64,000 bases of DNA from Chloropicon primus (Eukaryota), in assembly GCA_023205875.1 (NCBI GenBank), contig CP060763.1:496001-560000 (forward strand). Reading direction: 5' to 3'. The position numbers and the translations under genes are program-made. Below, one piece after another: positions 10,994-19,945 of the stretch. Within the stretch, counting starts at the first letter, position 1. Each line of letters starts with the position of its first letter. Under the pieces are notes generated by a model. The model had not been told where the DNA came from and ran no database searches. It worked only from the letters and a program-made list of their open reading frames with translations.

Positions 10994-13921
10994 ATGGAAG
11001 CTGGGTCCACGACAAGGGGTGGTGACCGCACGAGGAGGTCGTCCTCCTCCTCTGCGTCGGCTTCAGGCAGGAGGGCAACATCGGCGCGCCACAAGTCCAG
11101 CAAGCGGGCAGCGAGGGCAAAGCTCGTCCGCAGGAGGTTGAAGGAGCTTGGGATTGTCATCTCGACCGACCAGGGAAGGACGAACGACTTGTACAACATC
11201 TGGATCGCGAAAGCGTACGCCGAAGTTGCTTTGCCACAGCCCTGGAGTGAGTACTCCGACGACAAGGGCCGAGTGTTCTATTACAACCACGTGTCGGGAG
11301 TTTCCAAGTGGGAACATCCGTTGTTCAACACCTTTCGGGGCCTTCTCGAGCGCTCCAGGCTGGAGCCCGACCTCGCCAGGACGGGATACTTCAAAGACTT
11401 GTACTACAAGCTGAGGAAGTACTGCATCAAGCCGTCAAAGGACAAGGACAAGGAAGAGGGCGAGCAGGAGGAGGTGCCGCAGATCGATGAGACTTACAAG
11501 GGTTGGTGGGCTCTGAACCTGCTGGCGGCGACGAGCTCGAAGAGGGAGACGGGGCCGCCCCCGGCGCCGGAGGAGGTGAGGGATATGTGCACCTACCTCG
11601 GGATCGACACGAGCATGGAATCGGGAGAATCGGGCTTGGCCTGGATCGCAAAGCAGGCCATCCAGGCGGCCTTGCCCCCCGACTGGTACGAGGCGGAAGA
11701 CGAGGAGGGGAACAACTTTTATTTCAACGCCAAGAGCGGAGATTCGAGCACCTCGCACCCCCTGGACGAGTATTTCCTGGCCCTCGTCAAGTCGGAGAGG
11801 AGGATGAAGCAGAAGCTCGAGCATAGGCGGCAGACCATTTTGGCGTACACGTCTCAGAACCAGGATGACCGGTACTCGGGGCGGCTTTCCATCGCCCTGT
11901 TCGAGGGCCACTGGGAATCCATCAGAGCTGATTGGGTGCCTTTCATCGCCAGGAAGCAGGACACGTACTGGTACAACTTTCGGACGGACGAGAGGATACA
12001 CCTGCCGTTCTGGGAGCCCAGGTACAGAATTGCGGGCAGGAAGATCGTCAGAGCGTGGAAGAGGTACCTGCTGTGGAAGGAACGGAGGGACCGGGCGGCT
12101 GTTTGCATCCAGAGCAACTTCAGGAGGTTCGCAGTGCAGTCCGCCGTCCTGCTTTGGCAGGAGAGCTGCGCTGCGGTGTGCATCCAGTGTTACGTCAGAC
12201 GTCTGTTGGCCCAGAACGTGGTGAGACGGGAGAGAGCTGCGATCGCGATCCAGAGGGCCGTGAGGGAGTACCTGTTCATCATTATCCAGGAGCAGCACAT
12301 CGCGGCAACGGTGATACAGTCCCACGTGAGGAAGATTCTGGCCAAGAAAGCAAGGAAGGAGCGAATCGCCTTGAAGAAAAAGAAGGAGGCCCGGCTAAGA
12401 ATCCAGGCGAACATGAGGCGAATCGCCGAGCAGAGGATCATGGAAGAGCGTATGAAGGTAAAGGCCGGCAAGGTGATTCACGGGGCGTACTCGGCCTACC
12501 GGTTGAGGATGGAGCTGAAGCGCCGCATCCAGAGAAAGATCATTCTGAGAGAAAAGCAGGAGGAGTACATCAGAAAGTACCGCTCCCAGGTCATGTCGAG
12601 GAAGGCTACGAAGATCCAGTCCATGGTCAGGGCCTTCCTGGTGAAGAAGGAAGTGCGCAGCTGGTCAAATGCTGCGAGGATCATCCAGACCTGCTTCAGG
12701 CAGTACTTGGTGGACAGGAGGGAGAGGGTCCGGAACCTGATCCATCTGTACTACGACGTCCACGCCACGAGGATCCAAAAGCGCTGGAAGTTTTTCTCGC
12801 ACTGGAAGGCCGTGGAAATCGAGGAGAACGCGGCCACCGTGATACAGAAGCACTTCAGGAGCTACCTGGTAGTCAACAGGAAGGCGGCCGCTCTGTCGGC
12901 GATCGTCAGAATACAGGCCAACTTCCGCAGGTGGAAGCGATGGAGGGAGTTCCAGATGGAGAAGGCGGCCGCGGAGCAGAGGGCGTACGCCATGAAGAGA
13001 ATGCAGCCGTACTGCCACGCCTTGGGCATCGCGGCGGATTACGTTCTCGAGAGTGCTGGCAAGAAAGCGATCGACGAAAAGGCCAGGGCCTTGTCCAAAC
13101 TCGTGGAGAAGAGGAAGAACCTTCACCTCAGGGCGATGGGAGAGATCGCGAGGATCTGCGCCTCGATGGATCCGGCGGACATGCAGGGCATGGAGCTCGG
13201 GGTGGCGTCCAAGGGGTCCCCGGGATGGCTGTCGGACCAGTCGATGGCGGATCTGAAGACTACGCTGAAGAAGTTGACCGCGCTCAGGGACCAGCACCTG
13301 AACAAGATTCTTCTGAGGTGTGAGACCAAGGTGGCGCAGCTCTGCGACGAGCTCAAGATTAGCCCCGCGTGGCGGGCGAAGAACCTTGCTCAGGTCGACA
13401 AGGCTTTGGGCGTCAAAACCCTGAACTACCTCGAAATCTTGTACTCGAGGCTGAGGTCGGTCAGCGAGCTGGCCAAGTCGCTCGCGCCGCTCGTGCACCA
13501 GGTCAACCTGTTCAAGGCGAGCGTCGAGACGAAGGAAAAGGTGGCGGACTTCAAGAAGAAGGAGTTCCCCCTCGTGCTGAGAACCTTGACCTTCCTCATG
13601 CAGGAGATCAAGAAGCACAGGGCCAAGGACTATCACGACATTTGCGTCATGCTCGACCTGCCAAAGTTCAAGGAGATTGAGCGCCTGGGGATGCTGGCGA
13701 ACTTCTACCGCAACAGCAAGGCCAGCCAGTCGGAGGAGGGAAAGCCGAAGAAGCCCTTGCGGAGACCAACCCTGGGGGGGCGGTCCACCCTGTTCGCCGG
13801 GGCCCCGCACGAAGCCCCGACAACCGGAGAGGAGCCCAAGCCCCCACCAGTCCTCCCGAGCGTCGGCCTGAAGAAGAGACCGAAGAGGAAAAAGAGAGCG
13901 TCCGTGTTGATCAGACCTTGA
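10994..13921 (+). CDS. Protein with CEP164-type WW domains followed by a multi-IQ-motif array
   Basis: WW modules LPQPWSEYSDDKGRVFYYNHVSGVSKWEHP and YLGID...LAWIAKQAIQAALPPDW...FYFNAKSGDSSTSHPLDEYF, plus many IQxxxR motifs. An upstream exon is possible (AG at 10974-10975). Confidence 0.75.
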   Translation: MEAGSTTRGGDRTRRSSSSSASASGRRATSARHKSSKRAARAKLVRRRLKELGIVISTDQGRTNDLYNIWIAKAYAEVALPQPWSEYSDDKGRVFYYNHVSGVSKWEHPLFNTFRGLLERSRLEPDLARTGYFKDLYYKLRKYCIKPSKDKDKEEGEQEEVPQIDETYKGWWALNLLAATSSKRETGPPPAPEEVRDMCTYLGIDTSMESGESGLAWIAKQAIQAALPPDWYEAEDEEGNNFYFNAKSGDSSTSHPLDEYFLALVKSERRMKQKLEHRRQTILAYTSQNQDDRYSGRLSIALFEGHWESIRADWVPFIARKQDTYWYNFRTDERIHLPFWEPRYRIAGRKIVRAWKRYLLWKERRDRAAVCIQSNFRRFAVQSAVLLWQESCAAVCIQCYVRRLLAQNVVRRERAAIAIQRAVREYLFIIIQEQHIAATVIQSHVRKILAKKARKERIALKKKKEARLRIQANMRRIAEQRIMEERMKVKAGKVIHGAYSAYRLRMELKRRIQRKIILREKQEEYIRKYRSQVMSRKATKIQSMVRAFLVKKEVRSWSNAARIIQTCFRQYLVDRRERVRNLIHLYYDVHATRIQKRWKFFSHWKAVEIEENAATVIQKHFRSYLVVNRKAAALSAIVRIQANFRRWKRWREFQMEKAAAEQRAYAMKRMQPYCHALGIAADYVLESAGKKAIDEKARALSKLVEKRKNLHLRAMGEIARICASMDPADMQGMELGVASKGSPGWLSDQSMADLKTTLKKLTALRDQHLNKILLRCETKVAQLCDELKISPAWRAKNLAQVDKALGVKTLNYLEILYSRLRSVSELAKSLAPLVHQVNLFKASVETKEKVADFKKKEFPLVLRTLTFLMQEIKKHRAKDYHDICVMLDLPKFKEIERLGMLANFYRNSKASQSEEGKPKKPLRRPTLGGRSTLFAGAPHEAPTTGEEPKPPPVLPSVGLKKRPKRKKRASVLIRP

Positions 13922-14109
13922 ATTCTGTTGTTGTACATCCTTACAAGGCGGCGGGGCCACGATCCCCCTTGACTTGTCGAGCCCATCCACCCCCCGTGCC
14001 AGACCTTTATCCAAGTCCAAAACGCTTAGGAGATCTTGGAGGATCAGGATCCTGTGTGGCTGAGGTGGCCTCAAATTCGATAAGATTGAGGGGAGGTGAC
14101 GCGGCGGTG

Positions 14110-14433
14110 ATGGAGCGCGCGGACGCGGTGGGAGGGCGATCCGCCTTCGGGAGCGTGGCCCCTGGGAAGAGGACGCCGGCGGGTCGGTGGCGACGAGCGG
14201 TGGGGTGCCGAGGCAAGCGGAAGCCTGAAATTTACGAGTGGGAGCTGAACTACCGGCGCCACATAGCGCCGAAGCCGAAGATATCGTGGGAGGACGGCGA
14301 GACGGACGAGGAGCGCATGGCGGCGAGCGAGAGCGTGCACGACTGGCACGAGCACCAGTGGAAGATGCTGGACACCTTGAACAAGCTGTCCGCGGTGGCC
14401 ACGTCCTCGCCGGGGCAAGATGCGAAGGACTAG
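14110..14433 (+). CDS. Small hypothetical protein (107 aa), possibly organelle-targeted
   Basis: ATG in good context, host-like codons, R/A-rich N-terminus, followed by an AT-rich 3' UTR. Confidence 0.55.
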   Translation: MERADAVGGRSAFGSVAPGKRTPAGRWRRAVGCRGKRKPEIYEWELNYRRHIAPKPKISWEDGETDEERMAASESVHDWHEHQWKMLDTLNKLSAVATSSPGQDAKD

Positions 14434-14534
14434 AGCCGAGCGAGTGGATGCGCGCGCGCGTGCAGTGTGTGTGCTTCTAGTGGTTACATCGTTTGTAATT
14501 AAATTTTACAGGAAAAAACGCTTCTTCCATTTGT

Positions 14535-15938
14535 TCACTCCTCGTCGGGGTACTGCCAGGGAGAGAAGGTGCCCTCCGCGCTCTCGTGGTAGTCCTGCTT
14601 GACGTCGACAAGGTCACCCTTCTCCGGGAACTGCTTGAAGGTCCACGGCGGGCAATCCTCCGTGGAATACTCAAAGTCCCTGAGCTCCATGTCGTTGTTG
14701 AGCTGGAACCACCTCGGGGTCCACCCGTCCCCGCTCTCGATCCTCTTCGTCTTCTCCGCTCTCTGCTTCTCTTCCAACTTGTGCTTGAACGTCTGGGCTT
14801 CGGCCCTCTTCTCGAGCTCCAACGCCGCCCTATCGGGTCTCAACCTTGAGTCCGACTTGAGGAGGCCTCCCCCGGGCCACGCGTTCAGGTGGGTGTGCAC
14901 AAAGTTCGTCATTCCGTAAGCATCGCCCTCGGGCTTCTTGCTGGCCGCCCACATCTCCGTCCTCTCCGACCCCGCCAGGGGGGCCCCGGTCTCGCGGTCG
15001 CACTGCTGGTAGCCCACGCCCTCGTTCCACTTACCGTCGATGTAGAGGGCGGGCTTCCCCTCGGCATCGAAAACGTTTCCCTTCACGGTGTACCTCCCGC
15101 CGCCAAAGTAGCCGCAGGGAACGAACTCGATCACGGTCTTCCACTTGTTGGTGATGTTCTCGATGATCAGCTCGCCGTAGGTGTCGACCCAGATCTTGCC
15201 GAGGACCAGGTTGTAGGCCTTGGAGGTCGGGGGCACCATCGCCAGCTCCTCGCCGGTGGTCTTGTACTTGATCCTGGTCCTCCCCACGGGGTACACCTCA
15301 AGCGTGTTGCCCAAGAACTTGGTCTTGGGGCAGGACACGATGTCGTAGGACCAGTAGGGGGTCTCGGCGTGGGCAGCTCCGATGGGAGGGTGGTGGGAAA
15401 CCTGCTCCGCGATGTACTCCCCGTCCTCGTAGTCCTTCCCGAGCTTCAACTGAAACGTCTCCCCCAAGATGGGGTTGAACGGCTTCCAGGTCCTCTCGGC
15501 GGAGGCGTACACGGAAACCGCGAAGGCGGCGGCCCAGGCCATCCTCTCGGCCTCCTCCGTCGCCTTGGCTCCCTTGGTCAGCAAGTCCGGGTACTCCATG
15601 ATTTCCGCCATCTTCTGGAGCACAGAGGTGGGCTCCATCAGGAACACGGGCACGGAAAGCATGGAGGTCACGTCCGAGCCTATCATCTGGCTTATCTGAC
15701 CCCAGAAGCTCTTGCTCTCCTCGCTCATGCCGCGCCTGTCGAGGGACGTGTTGTTCTTCCAGTCAGCCGTCCCGTTGGCGTTCTCCGTGCCCTCCCCAGC
15801 GTTCGGGTCCACTACCTCCATCTCCTCGTAACCCATCGCGGTCGTCAGAGTCTTTCCGACAGACTCCACCAGGGACATCCCCCAGCTCCCCCATCCCCCG
15901 CCCGAGCCCTGCCCTTCTCCTTCTCCTTCGCCCGACAT
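14535..15938 (-). CDS. Oxysterol-binding protein-related protein (plant ORP3-type)
   Basis: OSBP signature EQVSHHPP, with KPFNPILGETF and SDSRLRPDR; ATG follows a (GA)n UTR. Confidence 0.95.
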   Translation of the reverse strand: MSGEGEGEGQGSGGGWGSWGMSLVESVGKTLTTAMGYEEMEVVDPNAGEGTENANGTADWKNNTSLDRRGMSEESKSFWGQISQMIGSDVTSMLSVPVFLMEPTSVLQKMAEIMEYPDLLTKGAKATEEAERMAWAAAFAVSVYASAERTWKPFNPILGETFQLKLGKDYEDGEYIAEQVSHHPPIGAAHAETPYWSYDIVSCPKTKFLGNTLEVYPVGRTRIKYKTTGEELAMVPPTSKAYNLVLGKIWVDTYGELIIENITNKWKTVIEFVPCGYFGGGRYTVKGNVFDAEGKPALYIDGKWNEGVGYQQCDRETGAPLAGSERTEMWAASKKPEGDAYGMTNFVHTHLNAWPGGGLLKSDSRLRPDRAALELEKRAEAQTFKHKLEEKQRAEKTKRIESGDGWTPRWFQLNNDMELRDFEYSTEDCPPWTFKQFPEKGDLVDVKQDYHESAEGTFSPWQYPDEE

Positions 15939-15940
15939 AA

Positions 15941-15980
<40 letters not shown>

Positions 15981-16486
15981 AGTCTCTTCTCGAACGAACC
16001 CACGAACAGTCGTTTTCTCGAAACCGCTTCCGACGCCAAACCAGTCAACCGAGGTGTCAACCGAAAGCCCGTGAGACAAGCTTTCGTTCGGTGCCACCCT
16101 TGACCCTTTCGCCTCCCCGCGTCGCGTCAACGTCCTCAATAATGCCGACCCTTTCCTCGTACTCGATCGCAATTCTTGTCCAGTGAATCGAGGGGACCCA
16201 ACTAGAGGCCCTCGTCTCGTCGAATAATTCAAAAATCAGTCAGGCGTTAAGAGAGGATCAGGACCTTGGGCAATGGTGGATGGTTGGACTTGGCTCCTCG
16301 CAAAGGAGGGGAGGAAGGAGCTTGCGGTGGCACTCCGCTTGTATAGCAAGCTTCGTGGGTCCAATCCTGACATTGATTCATAACTGTTGCGTAAGTTAGA
16401 CAACAAGAGCACTGGAAAAACTTAATGGTGTGCGGGTTGGATTCATCTCAATGGACCAGATGGATCTCAAGGGCAGCAGAGGATCT

Positions 16487-18145
16487 TCATGACGAGGACT
16501 TGGGTTTGTTGGGCGTGACGAGGACTTGGGTTTGTTGGGCGCGGTGCACGGCCACGACCTTGTCCCCTGGCTTGCAGAGCCCGTTGTCCCTCCCCCAGGC
16601 CATGGACTGGACGATGAGGTCGTCCGTGCTGTCCGCGTCCTCGCAGACCATGGGGTAGAGGCCCCTTGAGGCGAAACTCTGCCTGACGAGCCTGCTGCTG
16701 TCGCCCATGCCCTGGAACTCGAGCGCCTCGCGCTTCTGGACCGGCACGACGCCCACAATGATCGCGGCCTCGGGCCGGTACTTGGCGATGAGCTGGGAGG
16801 TCCCTCCGCTGGCGGCGAGCACGACGATCGCGGAAGCCCCGATCTTGGCGGCCGTCCTGACGGCGGAGGAGGCCATGGACTCGTGAATCGACACGTCTTC
16901 CGCGCTCTCGTAGATGCTCTTGAAGACGGTGTAGTGGTTCAGGCAGGACTCCGCCTCCGCGCAGATGTCGACCATCGCCTTGACGGCCGCCTCCGGGTGG
17001 GCACCGTTCGCCGTCTCTCCCGAGAGCATAACGCAATCGGTTCCGTCCAAGACCGCATTGGCGACGTCCGTCGCCTCCGCCCTCGTGGGCCTCGGGTTGA
17101 CCACCATCGACTCTAACATCTGCGTGGCCGTGATCACAGGCTTTCCCTTCAGGTTGCACTGCTGCGTCATCAGCTTTTGAGCGACGAAGACTTTCTGCAT
17201 GGGAACCTCCATCCCTAAATCGCCGCGCGCGATCATGATTCCGTCGGAAGCCTCCAAGATCTCCGTGAAGTTGTTCAAGCCCGACTGGTTCTCGATCTTG
17301 GATATGATTTTGATCGTGCACGCGGCTCCCCCAAGGGTGTCTCGAATCAGTTCCACGTCCGCCGCGGATTGAACGAACGAAGCGGCGACGAAATCGACTT
17401 CGTGCTTCAAGCCAAAGTCCACCAGGTCGATTTTGTCCTTGTCCGTGATGACCGGCAGATCGATCTGAACGCCGGGAAGGTTCATGTTCTTCCTCTCCCC
17501 AAGTTTGGACGAGTTCAGCACCTCGGTCACCACCTCGTCCTGGAGCACGTCCTTCACCTCCAGCGTGATGGACCCATCCGCGCAGAGTATCTGGGTGCCA
17601 ATCTTGACGTCTCTGCATAGGTGTGGGTACGAGCAAGCGATCTTTGTCGAGTCTCCCTCGAAACTGTAATCCGTCGTCAGCGTCAAGGTCTGACCTTGCT
17701 CCAGCATGACCGCCTCGTGGCCCTTCAGGAACCCTGTGCGGATCTCGGGACCCTTCGTGTCCAAGAGCACGCCGCACCTCTGGCCAATCTCCTTGCAAGC
17801 GGCACGCAAGTTGCTCAAAGTCTCAAAGTGATACTCGTGGGTTCCGTGCGAGAAGTTGAACCTGGCTATCCTCATCCCCGCAAACAAGAGCTTCTTTATC
17901 ATGCTCACGCTCCTCGAAGCAGGTCCTAGGGTGCAAATGACACGCGTTTTCGACCCTTCAAAGAGGGGCTTGCTCGCCATCGCGGTCGAAAGGGAGTTCA
18001 CCCTCTTCGTGTCAATGAGGGTCAGATTCGCTGGAATGGGGGCTGCCCTTTCGCTTGAGTTCGACACCACATGCGTCACCCCGCCACTCGAGCCCTTGTT
18101 CGACCCAGCCCTCCCCGCCTTCTGTGCACTCGCTCCAGCTCCCAT
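16487..18145 (-). CDS. PYK: Pyruvate kinase (cytosolic type) with MGAGAS N-terminal extension; C-terminus altered by a 26-bp duplication
   Basis: Motifs TRVICTLGPAS, RFNFSHG, LDTKGPEIRTG, IISKIENQ, IMIARGDLG, ATQMLESM and MLSGETA. Confidence 0.95.
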   Translation of the reverse strand: MGAGASAQKAGRAGSNKGSSGGVTHVVSNSSERAAPIPANLTLIDTKRVNSLSTAMASKPLFEGSKTRVICTLGPASRSVSMIKKLLFAGMRIARFNFSHGTHEYHFETLSNLRAACKEIGQRCGVLLDTKGPEIRTGFLKGHEAVMLEQGQTLTLTTDYSFEGDSTKIACSYPHLCRDVKIGTQILCADGSITLEVKDVLQDEVVTEVLNSSKLGERKNMNLPGVQIDLPVITDKDKIDLVDFGLKHEVDFVAASFVQSAADVELIRDTLGGAACTIKIISKIENQSGLNNFTEILEASDGIMIARGDLGMEVPMQKVFVAQKLMTQQCNLKGKPVITATQMLESMVVNPRPTRAEATDVANAVLDGTDCVMLSGETANGAHPEAAVKAMVDICAEAESCLNHYTVFKSIYESAEDVSIHESMASSAVRTAAKIGASAIVVLAASGGTSQLIAKYRPEAAIIVGVVPVQKREALEFQGMGDSSRLVRQSFASRGLYPMVCEDADSTDDLIVQSMAWGRDNGLCKPGDKVVAVHRAQQTQVLVTPNKPKSSS

Positions 18146-18510
18146 ACCCTTGCCCTTGTGGATGTCTCCCTTCAGATGTTCTTCAAATGCTACGAAAAGG
18201 AAACGCCAAAGATGCAATCTTTGTCGGCGTTGGGTCTCGTCCGTCAGTCTTTGCCGGTTCCGGCGCACGCACTTCCACTCTTCCTGGCTTCGGGACAAGA
18301 GTTCGGGTTCCAATCAAGCCGCACTAGACTTCCGATTGACTTTCTTTCCCTAGGGGCTAAAAGGAAAAAGGGAATCCCCGTGACCCCCCCACGTGATCAT
18401 GCAAGGTCAGAGGATGCAGAGGATGCAGAGGATGCAGTGTAAACTCCTCCCTCTCTCCTCCTTGTGACCTTTGTGGACGAGGAGGAGAGGGAGATCGCTG
18501 TACAATATGA

Positions 18511-19497
18511 TTACAATGGCTTCTTTTTGGGCGTCCCAGCTTGCCTAGGGAATTTGCGTGGCGTCTCGCCGACTTTTCGAATCACCACGACGGTCCTCTG
18601 CCCATGGGAACCAAAGCTCGAGACAGGGATGATGCCAACAACTTCCGCCTTGAGCTGCCCCAAGGCATTCCGCGCCGCTTTGACCTCTGCTTCTGGGTCC
18701 GGACCCTTTGCCGCCACAAGATAGCCCCCTACCCTGAGCATTGGCACGCAGAGCTCGCAGAGAACATTGAGGGGGGCCACGGCCCTGGCCACAGCCAAGT
18801 CCCAGCTTCCCCTCTTGCCGGCGTCCCGCCCGACGTCCTCGGCTCGAGACCACGTCACCTCGACGTTCTTCAGCTCCAGGCTCTCCTTCACCTCCTCCAG
18901 GAACTTGCACCTCTTTTGAAGGGAGTCCAGCAGTGTGACGTCCCAGTGCGGCCGCTTCACCGCAAGGACGATCCCCGGAAGGCCAGGGCCTGTGCCGACA
19001 TCGATGACTCTGAGGCCCTTCCCCTGGCCCTGGCCCTCGGCCACGCACTCGTCAAGAACGGGGAGCAGCGCAAGCGAGTCCTCTATGTGCCTCTCCTGGG
19101 CCTCCTCGCGGGTCTTCACCGCCGTCAGATTGAACTTGGCGTTGTACTCGAACAGGCTCTCGAGGTACGTGTCAAACTGCTTCCTCTCCTCTGCGCTGAG
19201 CAGGGAATACCCCGAAGACGAGGGCGACGACGATGCCCTTACGCCTATTGCGCAATAGGCGTAAGGGCGAGGCATTGTCCCCAAGCCCGACCAATGCGTT
19301 CGTTCGAGCCTGCGAAAGTCCCTCCCCTGGCCGGGGACCTCCTCCTTCCTCCTCCTCGTCATCAACAACATCGTCGTCGTTGTCATCCGAGGCTTCGTCG
19401 CCCGTTGCTCGGTGTTCGACGCCGTCGCCCCCCGTCTCATCCATAGCCGTCGTGACGAGCGAAGCCCGAGACCCAAACCTCTGTCACTCCCTGCCAT
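18511..19497 (-). CDS. rsmG: 16S rRNA m7G527 methyltransferase RsmG/GidB, organelle-targeted
   Basis: Motifs NLTAV, HIEDSL, SAM-binding IDVGTGPGLPG, ARAVA and KFPRQAGTPKKKPL; long N-terminal transit-like extension. Confidence 0.93.
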   Translation of the reverse strand: MAGSDRGLGLGLRSSRRLWMRRGATASNTEQRATKPRMTTTTMLLMTRRRKEEVPGQGRDFRRLERTHWSGLGTMPRPYAYCAIGVRASSSPSSSGYSLLSAEERKQFDTYLESLFEYNAKFNLTAVKTREEAQERHIEDSLALLPVLDECVAEGQGQGKGLRVIDVGTGPGLPGIVLAVKRPHWDVTLLDSLQKRCKFLEEVKESLELKNVEVTWSRAEDVGRDAGKRGSWDLAVARAVAPLNVLCELCVPMLRVGGYLVAAKGPDPEAEVKAARNALGQLKAEVVGIIPVSSFGSHGQRTVVVIRKVGETPRKFPRQAGTPKKKPL

Positions 19498-19619
19498 CCC
19501 GCACAACAACAACGCAAGTGAGCTACTACTGTTTCAAGTTCAATTGGTTCTATATTTTGAGACAAGCCTCGTCCGAAATGACTCAAGTGACCATCTCCGC
19601 CGTCACCCTGATGCGTGTT

Positions 19620-19848
19620 CGAAAGCCCATGAGATGTCCTTCCGTTTGTTCAACACCTCGTTCCCTCCCCCTTCACCAACCTTGCACAAGGTCCTCGACA
19701 AACACCCCCACCACTCCACCTTCCTCTATCTGTCACAGGAGATATGTTCCTCTTCAAAGGGACCACTCCCTTTGTCAAACCCTTCCACCGAGGTATCAAT
19801 CGAAAGCCCGTGAGATGCCCTTCCGCTTGTTCAACACCTCGTTCCCTC
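19620..19848. repeat. Two 48-bp direct repeats (19620-19667, 19801-19848) in a divergent promoter
   Basis: CGAAAGCCCRTGAGATGYCCTTCCGYTTGTTCAACACCTCGTTCCCTC, with 3 mismatches between copies. Confidence 0.9.
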
Positions 19849-19945
19849 GTTCCCTTCCGCTTGCCGTCCTCGTCCTCTCTCGTTCCTCCCTTCGTTCGTC
19901 GTCCTCGTCCTGTCGTGAGAGGAGCAAGAGAGAAGCCGAGAGACG

